Positions 42,454-58,126 of a stretch of 64,000 bases of DNA are shown in pieces. The stretch spans positions 64,108,001 through 64,172,000 of the forward strand of contig OX597827.1 of the NCBI GenBank assembly GCA_951406725.2, given 5' to 3'. The DNA comes from Octopus vulgaris (lineage: Eukaryota). Made by a program: the position numbers and the translations under genes. How positions within the stretch are numbered: the stretch's first letter is position 1; each line of letters starts with the position of its first letter. The notes under the pieces were generated by a model, which was given only the letters and a program-made list of their open reading frames with translations, searched no databases and was not told where the DNA came from.

Positions 42454-43535
42454 CGCTATATATATATACATACGCTAGCAGAAACGTTAGTAGGCCGGGC
42501 GAAATGCGTAGCCGTATTTCGTCTGCCGTTACGTTCTGAGTTCAAATTCCGCCGAGGTCGACTTTGACTTTCATCCTTTCGGGGTCGATAAATTAAGTAC
42601 CAGTTACGCACTGGGATCGATATAATCGACTTAATACTTTGTCCTTGTTTGTCCCCTCTATGTTTAGCCCCTTGTGGTTAATAAAGAAATATATACATAC
42701 ATATCCTTTTATTCTTTCCCTTGTTTCAGTCATTTGACTGTGGCCATGCTAGAGCACCGACTTTAGTCGGGCAAATCGACCCCAGAACTTATTCTTTGTA
42801 AGCCTAGTACCTATTCTATCGGGGTATTTTGCCGAACCGCTAAGTTACGGGGACGTAAGCACACCAGCATCGGTTGTCAAGCGATGTTGGGGGGACAAAC
42901 CCAGACACACAAACATACATACACACACAAACATATAATTCGTCTCCAGTCGAAAGACGCCTGTTGTGATGTCCTGTCATTATTATAATTATTGTTTTTT
43001 TGTATTATTTTTGTATTTATATTCGTGTAACATCGTCCGTTTTTCCGTCCTTGTTTGGTATACATTCGAAACTCTTTTCCAAGGAATCTAATGCTCTTAG
43101 CTTAGTTTTTCCTTGGGGCTGGCCAGATTGGAGCAATCTTAAGATTAATCAGCCGAAATTGCGTGGATGATCTGGTTCTTGACAGGAGATTAAAGGCTTC
43201 GAATGATACGTTCGTGTTTTTTGTATCGTCTATCTGGATGTTTTGCGTTCTTGTCCCATTTTGTATTTATATATATATATATACACAGGACGGGCTTCTT
43301 TCAGTTTCCGTCAACCAAAAACACACACAAGGCTTTGGTCGGCCCGAGTCTATAGTAGAAGACACTTGCCCAAGGTGCCACGCTGTGGAACTGAACCCGG
43401 AACCATGTGGTTTTAGTTGGGAAGCAAAGTATATTTGTGTATGTATGTTTGTATAAATGTGTGCGTGTATATATATTTGTATACACATAGACACACACAT
43501 ATATATATATACAAGCATGGACATATCCATATATA

Positions 43536-43573
<38 letters not shown>

Positions 43574-43615
43574 TGTACACAAACACACGCTCACACACAC
43601 TCGCGCGCACATATT

Positions 43616-43682
<67 letters not shown>

Positions 43683-43728
43683 ACATACATATATATATGT
43701 ATATATATATATGTATATATATATATGC

Positions 43729-43897
<169 letters not shown>

Positions 43898-44133
43898 TGT
43901 GTGATCGAGTGTGTGTGTGCATGTGTACATGTACCTATATATATATTTTTTTTTCTTGGTGCATAATTATTGAGGCTTGTTTTTTTTTCAACAAATTTTA
44001 ATCAACAAAAACAATAACAATATTTAACAAAACATCTTTAAATGATCATCTGCCGAGCAAATTGGAAGTAGTAATTGAAGGAGATGGTGAATATGCTCCG
44101 GAATAATCATTTAAAGTTTATGCATCAACCCAA

Positions 44134-44212
<79 letters not shown>

Positions 44213-44344
44213 ATATATATATATATAATTTTAATCCAAACGGGAAAACAGAAAAAACAACAACACGTGGAACAGTTACAGTATGATTATTAATAGGCGC
44301 TCAGGAAAATGTACATATATATCTACATTCATGTATATGTATGC

Positions 44345-44429
<85 letters not shown>

Positions 44430-44441
44430 CTCGCGCGCACA

Positions 44442-44564
<123 letters not shown>

Positions 44565-44969
44565 TTGTATATATATACATATACACATATATATAGATAC
44601 ATGTATACGTGTATACATATACATATATATAAAAATGTATGTATACATATGCATATATACATACATATACATATGTATATAAACATATAAATATATATAT
44701 GTGTGTGTGTGTGTGTACTCTCATGTGTAAAATATCGCATGCGTATGAAGAGTACATGGTAAACGATAACACATACACACATATAATAAATAAATAATGA
44801 AGTTATTGTATACAGTGCTCAGGTGCTCAGGTGCACCACATATATATACACACATACATACATACATACAGACAGACAGACACACACACGGTCGAAATAA
44901 TTGTTTCTGCGCCACCCAATTCAGAAAATGACTAAGAAACGAAAGACAAGACAAGACAAAACAACGAAC

Positions 44970-45198
44970 CTTTGATGGTCATCGTCCGACAATAGTCCGG
45001 GTATTTTCTTCGGGGGCCCGTTTCCGTGTTCATACTCGCCTCGTGGTCATCGTACTGACCGCAGCTACTGTTGCTGCTGCTGTTGATATTGCTGCTGATG
45101 CTGCTGCTGTTGTTGTTGTTGTTTGTGTTGTTGTGACTGTGGTTGCTGTTACTGTTGTTGTTATTATTATTATTATTGTTAATTGCTGATTTGGCCAT
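44970..45198 (-). CDS. Vax: Vax homeobox gene, first identifiable coding exon (MAKSAINNNN...GPRRKYPDYCRTMTIK)
   Basis: ATG at 45198 gives 76 codons + 1 nt, then donor G|GTTCGT at 44969. Phase 1 matches the exon 2 acceptor. YPDYCRTMTIK-D-ANG aligns to the Vax motif PDYCRRILVR-D-AKG. The start codon is uncertain because the frame is open upstream. Confidence 0.8.
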
Positions 45199-45379
45199 TG
45201 TTCCTGCTTGTGTTCTTCTCTCCCACGTGGTTTTTCGCTTCTCTATTTGGGAGATGCCGGAGACAGAGGTGTTAGCTAGCTGCCAGACTTCCGCTGGACT
45301 AATTGCCTCTACGTTAAACAGCCTTTGCTTAAAGTCGGTGGCGGCGTCGGCGGCAGCGGTGCCGCCGTCGACGGTGGTG

Positions 45380-46300
45380 GTTGATAGTAGTGGTGGTGGT
45401 GGTGGTGGTGGCGGGAGCGGCGGTAGCAGTGGGCAGGTGGTGTTGATGGTGCTGGTGCTGGTGCTGGTGAAACTCCAGGCTGATAATAGGCTGCGATGGT
45501 TGTACGCACTGATGTTTTGTGGTGGTGGTGGTGGTAGTGGTGGTGGTGGTGGTGGTGGTGGTGGTGGTGGTGGTGGTAGTGGTGGTGGAAGTAGTAACCA
45601 TGTTGTTGTTGTTGTTACTGTCGGTGGTGGGTGGTGGTGTTGGCAGCGATAATGCTTTTACTGATGATGATGATGGCCCTGGTAGTGGTGGTAGTAGTGG
45701 TGGTGTCAGTTCTGGTGGTGGTGGTGGTAGTTGTGGTTGTGGTGGTGGTGGTTGTGGTGGTGGTGGTGATGGTGGTAGTGGATGTTGTGGTGGTGGTGGT
45801 AGTAGATGTTGTGGTGGCGGTGGTTGTGGTGGAGGTGATGGCAGTGGTGGTAGTGGTGGTGGTAGTGGTGGTAGTGGTGGTGGTTGTGGTGGTGGTGGAA
45901 GTGGTGGTTGTAGTGGTGGTGGTTGTGGTGGTGGTAGTGGATGTTGTGGTGGTGGTGGTTGTGGTGGAGGTGATGGCAGTGGTGGTAGTGGTGGTGGTAG
46001 TGGTTGTAGTGGTGGTGGTTGTGGTGGTGGTGGTGGTAGTGATGATGATGATAGTGGTGATGGTGATGGTGGTGGTGATGGTGATGATGGTGATGGCAGT
46101 GTTGGTGGTGGTGGTAGTGGAGGTGATGCTGATTATGTTTGTGGTTGTGGCGGTATTGATGATGGTGGTGGTGGTTGCGATAGTAACGTTGGGGAAGGCG
46201 GCGGCGGCGGCACTGATGCTGACAATGGTGATGATGGCCATGGCGGTGGTAACAGCACAGATGGTGATGGTGATGGTGGTGTTGGCGTTGTTATTGCTGA
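45380..46300. repeat. degenerate (GGT)n/(GAT)n tract upstream of the Vax ATG
   Basis: Direct reading. Confidence 0.92.
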
Positions 46301-46527
46301 CAAATGTCATCGTCATCATCGTCATATCAATATTCTGTTTGTTGTTGTTTGACCCGAGACCAGCCCTTGATCAGACAGACCTATAAACCAAAGGCATTCC
46401 AACCGTGGCTATCACATATGTGTGTGTGTGTGTGTATTCTCATGTGTAAAATATCGCATGCGTATGAAGAGTACATGGTAAACGATAACACACACACACA
46501 TATATATACATACACACATACATACGT

Positions 46528-46593
<66 letters not shown>

Positions 46594-47198
46594 TCGTATG
46601 AGGGATGATATAGAAAAATGTAACCTTAAGTTTATTTAAAAGTATTCCAGCAACAGCGCAGTAGAGGGGCAATGGCCCAGTGTTTAGGTTAGTGGACTCG
46701 CGGTCGTAAGAACACGGTTTCGATTCCCAGGCCGGGCATTGTGAATTTTTATTGAGCAAATGCACCTAAGCTAACGACCCCACACCATATTTGTTTTTGC
46801 TCGGTTTCCTTGTATGTCCCCACTGTCCTGTTTTGGTGCCAACTTTGTCCCTCCATAAATCCCAAATTTTATTTTGGCTTTTGTGGGAGCAACTGCCTTC
46901 GAAGACTCATATTGTCGTTCAATGCTCGAAATAGGCAGCCGACACCCGATGAAGGGTCGTTCTTTATGTTACTTGTCCTGTTTTTCGTTTGTTTCTCTCG
47001 TTATTTGCGTATTCAACGCATTTGTTCTCGTATTTCATATTGTTCACTGTTTGTTTCGAATTTCATGTCCTGTACCCATCTATGCACACGCACACACACG
47101 CACGTGTGTGTGTGTGTATGTCTATGTGTGTGCGTGTCTATGTATATATATGCATATATATATTATTATTTGATTGAACACCACGCATCCATTTCCAA

Positions 47199-47244
<46 letters not shown>

Positions 47245-47462
47245 AAACAATTAAGATTCAAGTGAATTCCAATGAATTCAAATGAATATGGTACTTAACT
47301 CAGATGCACCAGAATTGTTTATGGTATTAACCATATTTGCTGCAATACTTTAAATAAAATTGTTCTTGGTATGAAACAATTGTACTAAACTACTAATCCA
47401 TTCTTGTTGCTTTTTTCTTGGTTATATATATATATATATGTCTATTTTCATAAAGCTTCCCG

Positions 47463-47516
<54 letters not shown>

Positions 47517-47605
47517 GACTTTCTCACTTCCCGAGCATTAAACTAATACATCTGTTTGTTGTTTACACACCCGTCTTCGCCTTTTGTTTTATTTTTGTAA
47601 ATTCC

Positions 47606-47641
<36 letters not shown>

Positions 47642-47750
47642 GATAAACCTGATTGACCAAGCATCCGATCAATGCCTTTCCCACTATGACCATCTCGTCT
47701 TTCTTGAAGTATCTAAGAACATACTGTCTAGTAAAATAATAATACTAGTG

Positions 47751-47823
<73 letters not shown>

Positions 47824-47824
47824 C

Positions 47825-48380
47825 AACTGCCCTGATGCAGTACCAGGCAGTGGCTCTCGTGGCTTCTGATCTTAACTGATTGGAAGTGTTATCATGTACA
47901 TTGTTTTGTCTTGGCATAAAAGATGGGCTACAGCAAATATTCTGCTCAACACCACAGATTTGTTTGTCAGTTGTTTGACCTTAACCAGTTGAGCATGTCC
48001 CTTAGTGGCTGACGATATGTGCATCTCTGATTACGAGCAGAAGTACTGGGGGAGCATCATAGCCATGTGTTGAGAGGGATTCTTGGAGGTTTGGATAATT
48101 CATCTCTAGAAACATGGGTGTTTCGTTCAATATCCTTAAACAATCCTTATTCAGGGACCTTTTGAGCGGGATGGGTTACTCGACCTGAAGAAAATTCTAA
48201 CTGGGCCCCACCTGCAAGGTCATGTGCTGTTTATCTGGATATGAGATCACCATGTCGCGCACATATAGTTGTGATGCACGTGCCTGGTGTACCCTTATCA
48301 GACGGGTAGTCATGATGGGTATACTGGGCTTCGTATATTTCACCCCAGTGTCACTTTGATGGCATGCACTGCTCTCGCTC
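47825..48380 (+). mobile_element. non-coding retroposon family D embedded in (AAT)n, longest copy
   Basis: Four homologous copies share the 3' end GCACTGCTCTCTCACTC(AAT)n and have variable 5' truncation. Confidence 0.85.
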
Positions 48381-48387
48381 AATCAAT

Positions 48388-49966
<1,579 letters not shown>

Positions 49967-50259
49967 CCAAGTTTGTGTCATTTTCCTCCTTTCCCTTCCG
50001 TCCACTTTTCTGATCGCTCTCTCCACTCAGTCTAAATGAATGAGGCTTTCTGTATGTAATTAATGTATTGCCCTTGAGGCAAATGAAGATGCCTTTACTA
50101 CCATTGTCAATAATGTTGTTGCTGCTATTGTTGTTGCTGTTGCTTAGACTCAAGTCAAAGCAAATTGAGCTGCCCCATGTTCAAAAACATTCTTTGCATA
50201 GCCAACTATCTTATGTATGTATGTATGTATGTATGTATGTATGTATGTATGTATGTATG

Positions 50260-50290
<31 letters not shown>

Positions 50291-50382
50291 GTATGCATGT
50301 ATATATGTACGTACGTACATACATACACAAACATACATATATACATACATCCATACATACATACATATATATGTATATATAC

Positions 50383-50514
<132 letters not shown>

Positions 50515-50702
50515 AACACACATGTATATAAATTAGAGAAGAACCACTATGAAGCAATTCAACAGTGATATACTTAAATCATGCCATATAGAAAGAAATT
50601 AAAGATACGATAAAACATTTACCTAAAACTAGATAAAGTACTAAATAATACATAAATAGTATATAATTAGTAAATAGACTACACACACACACACACACAC
50701 AC

Positions 50703-50733
<31 letters not shown>

Positions 50734-50735
50734 TG

Positions 50736-50766
<31 letters not shown>

Positions 50767-51026
50767 GAGTTTCTTTCTGTGTGTGTGTGTGTGTCTCCTC
50801 TCATCACCCACGAACTTCTCCCCTGGACTTTCTAACTCTCTACCCTTTACGGATCTTCTTTTGGACTTTCTACACTCCGGCTGCACCTCTCTTGCCTATG
50901 GGTTACTCAGGACTCTTGTGTTGATAAAAAATCGCTCCAATACACCACGACGTCTGAAGCCTTTGAACTTTATGAACTTTACATAAAACTATTATTATTA
51001 TTATTGTTATTAATATTATTATTATT

Positions 51027-51487
51027 GAGTGAGAGAGCAGTTCATGCCATCAAAGTGACACTGGGGTAAAATATACGAAGCCCAATATACCCATCATGAC
51101 TACCCGTCTGATAAGGGTACACTAGGCACATACATCACAACCATATGTTCGCGACATGGTGATCTCATATCAAGATAAACAGCGCATGACCTTGCAGGTG
51201 GGGCCCAGTTAGAATTTTCTTCAGGTTGAGTAGCCCATCCCGCTCAAAAGGTCCCTGAATAAGGGTTGTTTAAGGATGTTGAAAGAACCACCTATGTTTC
51301 CAGAGGTGAACTATTCAAACCCCAAAGAATCGCTCTCAACACATGGCTATGATGTTCCCCCGCTACTTCTGCTCGTGATTAGAGATGCACATATCGTCAG
51401 CCACTAAGGGACATGCTCAACTGGTTACGGTTAAACAACTGACAAGCAAATCTGTGGTATTGAGCAGAATATTTGCTGTAGCCCATC

Positions 51488-51490
<3 letters not shown>
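51027..51490 (-). mobile_element. retroposon family D, 5'-truncated
   Basis: Homology; (ATT)n on both sides. Confidence 0.85.
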
Positions 51491-51562
<72 letters not shown>

Positions 51563-51792
51563 CTTTCTAAACTTTCCTGTGATCCTTTTGTCCGGGCTTA
51601 GCCATGATAGATCGCTATCCACTACACACATTTTTCTCTCTCTCTGTTTCTCTCATTACTTTCTGTGTTTCTTTCTGTAGAAGAGCGTAGGCTCGAAATG
51701 TTAAAGACTTTTTCAATTCCCGAGCGTTATGCTAATACATCTGTTTGTTTTTTACATCACCTGTCTTCGTCTTTTGTTTTTTTGTGAATTCT

Positions 51793-51845
<53 letters not shown>

Positions 51846-51984
51846 AGAATTCACCAAAAAACAAAAGACGAAGACAGGTGGTGTTAAAGACAAACAGATG
51901 TATTAGCATATATACATATGTATATGCATATATATATATATATACATATATATATATGTATATATATATATTATTTCTTTTATT

Positions 51985-52167
51985 TATTTTACTTGTTTCA
52001 GTCATTTTGATTTTGGCCATGCTGGAGTACCGCCTTTAGTCGATCAATTCGACTCAGGACTTATTCTTTGTAAGCCAAGTACTTATTCTGTCGGTGTATT
52101 TTGTCCGACAGCTAAGTTACGAGGACGTAGACACACCAACTTCGGTTGTCAAGCGATGGAGAAAGGA

Positions 52168-52207
<40 letters not shown>

Positions 52208-52226
52208 TTCGCGCGCGCGTACATAC

Positions 52227-52259
<33 letters not shown>

Positions 52260-52421
52260 CGTATTCGACGAGCGCCTTTCAGTTTCCGTCTAAGAAATCC
52301 ACTCACAAGACTTTGGTCGGCCCGAGGCTATATAGAGTGGAAGACACTTGCCCAAGGTGCCATGCAGTGGGACTGAACCCAGAACCATGCGATTGGGAAG
52401 CAAGCTTCTTACCACACAGCC
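51985..52421 (-). mobile_element. SINE family B
   Basis: Homology to the other copies. Confidence 0.82.
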
Positions 52422-52423
52422 AA

Positions 52424-52915
52424 GTAACAATACGGTCGAGAAATGGATCGGTCTGGTTACGGAGAAGAAGCGACGAGCAAATTTCATATCTCACATTTTC
52501 TGATTTTCATTCAAATCGTGTGGTATCTATATGTGGGGCTTTTTTGATTTTCCGACCGCATGCAAATGGTTGCAGGCAGTTTTCTGGCTAACGTGAAGTT
52601 CTATTGCCAGTTCTCGGGTGGTTTTACGTGGATTTTTCTCAATGACGGTTTTCAATTGACCGTCATTGATGACAGATGAGTGTCCACTGCGCTCACGATC
52701 TTCAAGGCTCAGGTCTCCACTGCGAAATCGTTTAAACCATTTTCGAGCTGACCACTCACTGGACATTTTCTCACCAAACGGTTCGTTGATATCGCGAGCA
52801 GTTTCAGCTGCTTTACGTCCTTTTTTTGAAGTTGAATAGCAAAATTGCTCGAATATCGCGCTTTGACAGTTCCATTTCAGATGATTATTAACTACGGTGA
52901 AAAAATAACAATCCT
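52424..52915 (-). mobile_element. mariner transposase N-terminal fragment (Mos1/Hsmar-like)
   Basis: Translates to MELSKRDIR..., WFKRFRSGDLSLED.ERSG, NPRKTTRELA and PFLDRIVT. Confidence 0.85.
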
Positions 52916-52924
52916 TTCTTTTTT

Positions 52925-53390
52925 CCTTTTACTTGTTTAAGTCATTTGACTGCGGCCATGCTGGAGCACCACCTTTTGGTCGAGCAAATCGACCCCAGGA
53001 CTTATTCTTTGTAAGCTTAGTACTTATTCTATCGGTTTCTCTTGACGAACCGCAAAGTGACGGGTACGTAAACACACCACCATCGGTTGTCAAGCGATGT
53101 TGGGGGTGGGACAAACACAGACACACAGACATATACATACATACACATAAATATATATATATATACGACGGGCTTCTTTCAGTTTCCGTCCACCAAATCC
53201 ACTCACAAGGCTCGAGGCTATAGTAGAAGACACTTGCCCAAGGTGCCACGCAGTGGGACTGAACCCAGAACCATGTGGTTGGTAAGCAAGCTACTTACTA
53301 CACATTCGGCTAATTTCTTCTGCTATAACCTCGGGCCAAGCAAAGCCTTCTGAGTGAATTTGGTAGACGGAAACTGAAAGAATCCTGTCG

Positions 53391-53421
<31 letters not shown>

Positions 53422-53655
53422 GTGTGTGTGTGTGAGTGTGTGTGTGTGTGTGTTTTGTGTGTCTTTGTTTATTTCCCCAACATCGCTTGACAAACGATGC
53501 TTGTGAGTTTACGTCCCCGTAACTTAGCGGTTCGGCAAAAGAAACCGATAGAATAAGTACTCGGCTTACAAAGAATAAGTCCTGGGGTAGATTTGATCGA
53601 CTAAAGGCAGTGATCCAGCATGGCCGCAGTCAAATGACTGAAACAAGTAAAAGAG
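52925..53655. mobile_element. head-to-head pair of SINE family B copies (52925-53303 minus, 53315-53655 plus)
   Basis: Adjacent inverted copies. Confidence 0.85.
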
Positions 53656-53681
53656 ATAGATAGATATCTAGATAGTTAGAC

Positions 53682-53759
<78 letters not shown>

Positions 53760-53973
53760 CGGGAAGCTTTATGAAAATAAACAAAAGACGAAGGCAGGTG
53801 GAATACAAACAAACAATTGTATTAGTATGGCGCTCAGGAATATAAATAAGACAAGTCTTTTACCTTTCGAGCCTACGCTCTTCAACAGAAAGATACACAG
53901 AAAAGAAACACGGAGAGAAACAAGGAGAGAAAAAAAATGCGTGCAGAGGCTAGCGAATCAACATGGCGATCTG

Positions 53974-54054
<81 letters not shown>

Positions 54055-54619
54055 GTAGACACCCACACGCAAAGACACGCGCACACATGCACACTCAGTC
54101 AATGCACTCCTTACAGCTCGATCAAGCGAGTTTCCATCCTCAACACCATATATATAACATCGACTTGATAAATTGTATTTGTTTTAATTTATTTTCCTCC
54201 CTATCCTGCCTCCACCCTCTTTCCCCTCTCTATCACTCTCTCCTTCTTCGTTTACACGAAATATTTTTGAAAATATTTTATAACATGGTAATGTCGTTGG
54301 TAGCATTCTTAGAATATATTTTAATATTTTAAAACAACACTGTTTAATATTTATGTATTGGAAAAAGTTGTTTTGTGTGTTATAACCGCAAGTAAAATTT
54401 TTCAGCGGAGAGAAGAAAAAAAACAAACCCGTATGGTGATCGGCGGAATCGTTAATGTTGGACAATTTGTCTGGAGGGAATTTTCTCTTTTACTTTTGAC
54501 TTTGTGAGTTCGAATCCCAGCGAAGTCCACTTTACTTTTCATTTTTATTGGGTTGGATAAAATATAGTACTAATCATGTACTACTGTTGGTATAATCGAC
54601 CATGTTCATCCCCTATAAT

Positions 54620-57052
54620 ATTAAGAATAATGGTTTCGAATTTTGGTGCAAGGCCAGCAATTTCAAGGAGAGGATAAGTCGATTACATTGACTCCAGAGC
54701 TTAACTGGTACTTTATTTATCGACCCCAAAATTATGAACTTAGAACGTAAAGACGGACGAAACGCCGCTAATCATTTTGACCGGCGTGCTAACGATTCTG
54801 CTAGCTCGCCGCCTTAATAATAAGAATAATGGTTTCAGATTTTTGCCTCGAGGGCAGCTTGGCGGAGGGGATTAAGTTGATTACATCGACTCCAGTGCGT
54901 GACTGGTACTTATTTAATCGACCCCGAAAGAATATAAAAGACAAAGTCGATCTTGGCGGAATTTGAACTTAGAATGTAGCGATAGACGAAATACCTATTT
55001 CTTTACTACCCACAAGGGGCTAAACACAGAGACGACGAATAAGTACAGACAAACGGATGAAGAATGCAGCTACATTCTCGACGAACTAAAATCAACGCTG
55101 GGCATGTCGTCTGCAAACAGAACAGAGCTCTGCGCAGTCGCATTTTCTTCAAGTTTCTAAGGACTGTAATTTAACTTTTAATGATACCAAACGCATTTAC
55201 AGCATAGACAAATGGTTGAAAGCGATGGGAATGGAATGTTCTGCAGAGCTTCGTCAGAAAGTTTGCCTCTCAGGGACAGGAAAGATTATCAGAAGTGTTT
55301 TGAGCCCTTGGAAGATTATTGAAAGCCCATGGATATCTAAGGTTACTTGTAGTAACCCATTACCTACATAAATTTTACCAGGAATAAGAACAAACCTGAG
55401 TCAAATCAAATGTAATGATAATCCTATAAAAGCACAAGTCCTGCAATTTAGCAAGGGGGATCTGTTCGATTACATCGAGGCCACAGCTCAACAGACTCTT
55501 ATTTCATCACCCCCGAATACATGAAAGACAAAGCCTAACGCTGTGGCGTTGGAACTCAGAACGTAAGCCGGAAGAAATGCCGCTAAGAATTTTGTCCGGC
55601 TTGCTAACGATTCTTATTTCTTTACTGCCAACAAGGGGCTACACACAGAGGGGACAAACAAGGACAGACAAACGGATTAAGTCGATTATATCGACCTAGT
55701 GCGTAACCGGTACTTAATTTATCGACCTCGAAAGGATGAAAGGCAAAGTCGACCTCGGCGGAATTTGAACACAGAACGTAGCGGCAGACGAAATACTGCT
55801 AAGCATTTCTCCCGGCTTGCTAACGATTCTGCCAGCTCACTGCCCTACTCTCGTAATTATGGTTTCATATTTTAACACAAGGCCAGCAAGTGAAGGGGAT
55901 AAGTCGATTGCATTGACCTCAGTACTCAGTTGGGTCATATTTTACCGAACCCGTAACGATGAAAGGCAAAGTCAAACGTAGGCCGGAAGAAATGCTGCTA
56001 AGAATTTTGTCCGGTTTGCGAACGATTCTGTCAGCTCGCCGCCGTCTATTCTCGTAATAACCCGTTCTGTTATAGGTACAAGGCCTGAAACTTTGGGGGA
56101 GAAGACTAGTCAATCACATCGACACCAGTGTCTCACTGGTATTTAATTCATCGACCCTCGAAAGGATGAAAGGCAAAGATGACCGCGGCGGAATTTGAAC
56201 TCAGAACATGAAGTCAGACGAAATACCTATTTCTTTACTACCCAGAAGGGGCTAAACACAGAGAGGACAAACAAAGACACACAAATGGATTAAGTCGATT
56301 ATATCGACCCCAGTGCGTAACTGGTACTTATTTAATCGACTCCGAAAGGATGAAAGGCAAAGTCGACCTCGGCAGAATTTGAACTCAGAACGTAGCGGCA
56401 GACGAAATACAACTAAGCATTTCGCCCGGCGTACAAACGATTCTGCCAGCTCGCCGCCTTCTATTCTTGTAATGTTATAATGATAGTGGCCTCTCTCTTG
56501 TTATTTTTAGGATTAAGAAGACAATGAGCGGGTAGAATCCGTAAAGCATCGGGAAAATGCTTTGTTACCATCATAACGCCCTGTTATCATGGCGGCGAGC
56601 TGGCAGAATGGTAAGCACGCCGGGCGGAAAGCTTAGCAGTATTTCGTCTGCTGCTGCCTTCTGAATTCAAATTCCGCCGAGGTCGACTTTGCCTTTCATC
56701 CATTCGGGGTCGATTAAATATGTACCAGTTACGTACCGAGGTCGATGTAATCGACTATCCCCCTCCCTTCAAATTTCAGGCCTTGTGCCTGAAATTTGTT
56801 GGGTGAAGGTTATAATTTATCGACCCCAAAAGTTTATCGAGAATAGAAGGTGGTGAGCTGGCAGAATCATTTATCGAGGGGGTTATAATAGAACGGATTA
56901 TAATGCACTGTTATTATCTATGCTAATTAAATATGATATTCTTTTTTGCACAAGGCCTGAAATTTTGGGAGAGGGGACCAGTCGATTAGATCGATCCCTG
57001 AAACGATGAAAGGCAAAGTCGACCTCGGCGGAATTTGAACTCAGAACGTAAG
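54620..57052 (-). mobile_element. dense cluster of SINE family C copies, mostly minus strand (one plus copy at about 56591-56790)
   Basis: Repeated ATCGACCCCGAAAGGATGAAAGGCAAAGTCGACC cores. Confidence 0.82.
55060..55422 (+). mobile_element. degraded 3' end of an R4/Dong-like LINE
   Basis: QKVCLSGTGKIIRSVLS resembles the Q K..L.GT..I.R.VL C-terminus. Followed by a short UTR and TAATGATAAT tail. Confidence 0.55.
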
Positions 57053-57289
57053 CCTAATAACAGTAGGTTTGGAAATTTCGCAATGCTTTCGGTATTATTT
57101 CGTTTTATATTCGTTAAGTTTTCCTTTTACCTTTTCCATAATTTTACCAAGAGATAGTAGCCTTTTATGTGACAGGAAATTGCTAATTCATCATCTCTAT
57201 ACAGTCCTCCATCCGATGAGCTGCATGTATCTCTGAGACTACATAGGATACACATGGCTCCATTTATATATTTTTTTTTTCATTTATTT

Positions 57290-57683
57290 ATTTTTATTTT
57301 ATCTAGTTTCAGCTCACGAGCTGTGGCCATGCTGGGGCACCGCCATTTGGTGTTGCTACGTGATTTTACTTCACGAATACTTTTTAGCAATTGCCATTTG
57401 GTGCATGAGAGAGTTCGATGCAGCTGCCCTCATCTGCACCTCCTGTTGTGAAGTTGGTTCATCTGGGACACCTGACAGGAAGAGATCCAGTTTTATTTTA
57501 AAGACATCTGCATCCACCCCATGCAGGTCTCTCAGGTTATTCGGGAGGATATTGAAGAGCTGTGGGCCTCTGAAGCCCAGGCTATCACAGTATCTTGTCC
57601 TATATCTTGATGGCAAATTTGGTGTCCTTGGCACTATGCAGTGACGCCCAGTTCTAGCATTTGTGTAACTCTCGATGCCAAAG
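57290..57683 (-). mobile_element. CR1/L2-group LINE 3' end
   Basis: RGPQLFNILPNNLRD...VFKIKLDLFLSGVPDEP...AASNSL, followed by a 3' stem-loop and TAAAA tail. Confidence 0.8.
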
Positions 57684-58126
57684 TTTATATATATATATAT
57701 ATATGGAACAAAAACGCAATAGAGGGCATTTAAAGCGTTCGGACAGATAGACGATACAAAGGCAGACAAGAGAAACAACAATTAGAAGGACAGGCAAAAA
57801 AGGCGGGTCGTTCTTGGCTTTCTTTCTTCGGTCAAGTACCAGAAGTCACGACCATTTCGGACAGTTACACTTGAGATGGTTCGATCTGGTTGTCCCCCCA
57901 AAAGTCTAAGCTAAGAGCATTAGACCCCTTTGTATATATATACATATACGACGGGCTTCCTTCAGTTCCCGCCTACCAAGTTCACTCACAAGGCTTTAGG
58001 CGGCCCAAGGCTATTGTAGAAGACACTTGCCCAAGGTGCCATGCAGTGGGAATGAACCCGGAACCATGTGGTTGGTTAGCACAGCCACTCCTGCGCCTTA
58101 ATTCTTTTTCAATTTTTATTATTAGT

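Noticed and set aside
45519-46386. Gly-, Thr- or Val-rich ORFs of 236-277 aa
   Set aside because: Products of the (GGT)n tract, open in several frames on both strands.
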